From: Octopus sinensis
Taxonomy: Eukaryota
Reading direction: 5' to 3'
Assembly (NCBI RefSeq): GCF_006345805.1
Contig: NC_042999.1
Span: forward strand, 149,048,001-149,112,000
Length of the DNA: 64,000 nt
Below, piece by piece: positions 61,534 to 64,000 of the stretch (positions are counted from its first letter, which is position 1; each line of letters begins with the position of its first letter). Position numbers and translations under genes: made by a program. Under the pieces are notes generated by a model. It worked only from the letters and a program-made list of their open reading frames with translations. It made no database searches and was not told where the DNA came from.

Positions 61534-64000
61534 TAATATATAAGCGTACACACACATACAAACGGACATATACATATACGCACACAAGCAAAAATACACG
61601 TTTTGCCACTTGCCGCAACAAATTTGCACAAAAGGTAAATAGACCAGAAGGGGGGGGGGGGTCAATGTTTCATCGTTTCGGGGTCGATAAATTAAGTACC
61701 AATTACGCACTGGTGTCGAGGATTTTTTCCCCAATTTATATCACAGCTTCCGACAAGCTGGGGGCATCCTTTTATGAAAAAATATTTCGCAAATTTTTAC
61801 AATACGACTCACACTCCACGCACAAACTCGAGACCGATTTAGGCATATTATTGTTTTGTTTTTGTTGTTTCTGGCCCTTCGTGAAGAAAAAAAATGAAGA
61901 TAATAAATATTTGAATATTTAATATGTTTTAAATATGCTTTAATTTTCGCATACAGTCTCTTTTTATTTGCATCATTTACAAATAATACAGCAAATGTGG
62001 AGGAAAACAGGAAAAAAAAAAGAGTCAAAATAAAAGAAACTGGTGTCGCTTAAGGGTACTTGGTTGTTTGTTGTGCCGTGGCTGAGAGTTGATGAATGAA
62101 AATATGTTTCTTGGCTGCGTGGTGAAATAACTTAACAAAACCCGCGAACATTTAACACAATATTTTAACATGATACATAGTGACAATCTGCGTAGACCAT
62201 TTACTGATAACAACAGCAATGATTACAGACTGGGAGAGAGATATTAACTCTGAGATTACTGAGAGCTATTGATACGGTAACATGCAGTTAGTCCAGCATA
62301 TCTGAAATCAACTGAACTATCTTCATGGCAACGAAGGTTCTGGGTCATCTGTCCTAGGCCGTCAGGTTGGCCGTCTGCATTGGCCATCTGCTTGGCAACT
62401 CATGTTACTCAGATGTCTCAACATTCTACAAAGAGTTTAGGCGCCAAAGCGACTTTTTATAGGATACAAGGTGAAGATTCTAGATTATATTTGTACCATG
62501 GCTTGGCGCTGGCTGGTTTTCTTACTAGACCGATTATGTGAAACTACTGTGGTTCGGTTGCAATATCTGACAGCGTATCCAGGAATACGGTTTCGAATCA
62601 TCGCTACACTGGTATCATTTTATGAGGCAATCCAACTCACTCACGTCATTGCTGTTAATTGTTTTGGAAAACAACTCGACTTTAAAACAACTTTAAAATC
62701 TACTCTGAAAATAGAACATTAAAACATATACCAGGCATGTGCAACCTTTCTCGAGAAGCGGGTCACACTCGTAAAAAAGAATTCAAGGTAATTCTTCCTT
62801 AGTCGTACTGTTCAGAAAGTTCTGCGGGTTACAGTTTGACCATGGCTGAGTTATACTGTTAAAATAGTTATATACTGTTAAACTATCGCGGAAAAATTGT
62901 GAAGACGCGTGGTTTAGTGGTTAGGGTATTCGGCTGACGCTCGTAAAGTCGTGAGTTCAATTCCTGGCAACGCGTTGCGTCCTTGAGCAAGACACCTTAT
63001 TTCACGTTGCTCCAGTCTACTCGGCTGGAAAAAAATAAGTTGTACCTGTATTTCAAAGGGCTAGTCTTGTCACTCTCTGAATCTGCCTGAGAACTACGTT
63101 AAGGGTACACGTATAAGTGGAGTGCTCAGCCACTTGCACGTTAATTTCACGAGCAAGCTGCTCAGTCGATCGTATCAGCTGGGACCCTCGTCATCGTAAC
63201 CAACGGAGTGCTCCCTCTTTTTTTTTATCGTGGAAAATAATGTAAGAAATGAAGATTTCAGACGTTTCATCAACAGAGAATTTATTTTCAATTCATTCAT
63301 AAAAATAACAGAAGAAAACAACTATCATGACGTGATACCGTTTTTCTTGCGCATTAGCGGTGCAGGTGAAGTAGAATAATTACAACCTGTGGAAGATTAA
63401 CCTCCTATTTATTCTACAATGTTCGCCAAGTAATTATTAAAGAATAATAAAATAAAAGAGTAATCAATCGAAAACTCGCAAGGAGACTGATTATTCATTC
63501 TTTACTTCTTTCTCACAGTTAAAGATAATAATAACGATTTCTTTACATTGCCAAGAAAAAAAGAAAGAAAGAAGCCAAGGAAGAGAGAAAAAAGAAAGAT
63601 AAACTTTAGAGTAAATGAGGAACGTTTGATGGTTCAAATAAACAATGAAGTTCGATTTATGAGCAAAATTTGGATGGGAAGTGAGCAAGTTTCTGGATTA
63701 AAAACGTAGAACAGAAAAATTCGTTGACTTTTTGCCATACAGAGCAGAATTATGTTCTCATAAGATTTATCATAACATGTCTCCTCTAGTACTTTATTAT
63801 TAGAGCTATTACGGGTAGCAGGGCACCATATTAAACACATTAGTGTGATGAATTTAATCAGGCGCAGGAGTGGCTGTGAGGTAAGCAGCCAGGCGCAGGA
63901 GTGGCTGTGTGGTAAGTAGCTTGCTTACCAACCACATGGTTCCGGGTTCAGTCCCACTACGTGGCACTTTGGGCAAGTGTCTTCTACTATAGCTTCGGGC

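Overview
AT-rich, repeat-dense eukaryotic genomic DNA. The repeat repertoire (tRNA-derived SINEs, RTE/CR1/R4-Dong/Tx1 LINE remnants, very abundant microsatellites) looks like an octopus or other coleoid cephalopod genome; this is an inference. One host gene can be assembled by hand and is essentially invisible in the ORF track: a 5-exon MYDGF (myeloid-derived growth factor/C19orf10) orthologue on the + strand (18386-32589, 156 aa, signal peptide, C-terminal KKEL). Nearly all other ORFs are microsatellite read-throughs or decayed transposon fragments. Structures worth a second look: head-to-tail SINE concatemers sharing one invariant junction at three separate loci; a palindrome carrying a hammerhead-like core that is split by one such concatemer; a 7 x ~295-bp satellite built from a hAT-type MITE plus its flank; several retrotransposon families that each sit in their own microsatellite; a non-autonomous Helitron; perfect hairpins; and a possible divergent spliced transcript upstream of MYDGF. 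No prokaryotic-type system (CRISPR etc.) is supported.
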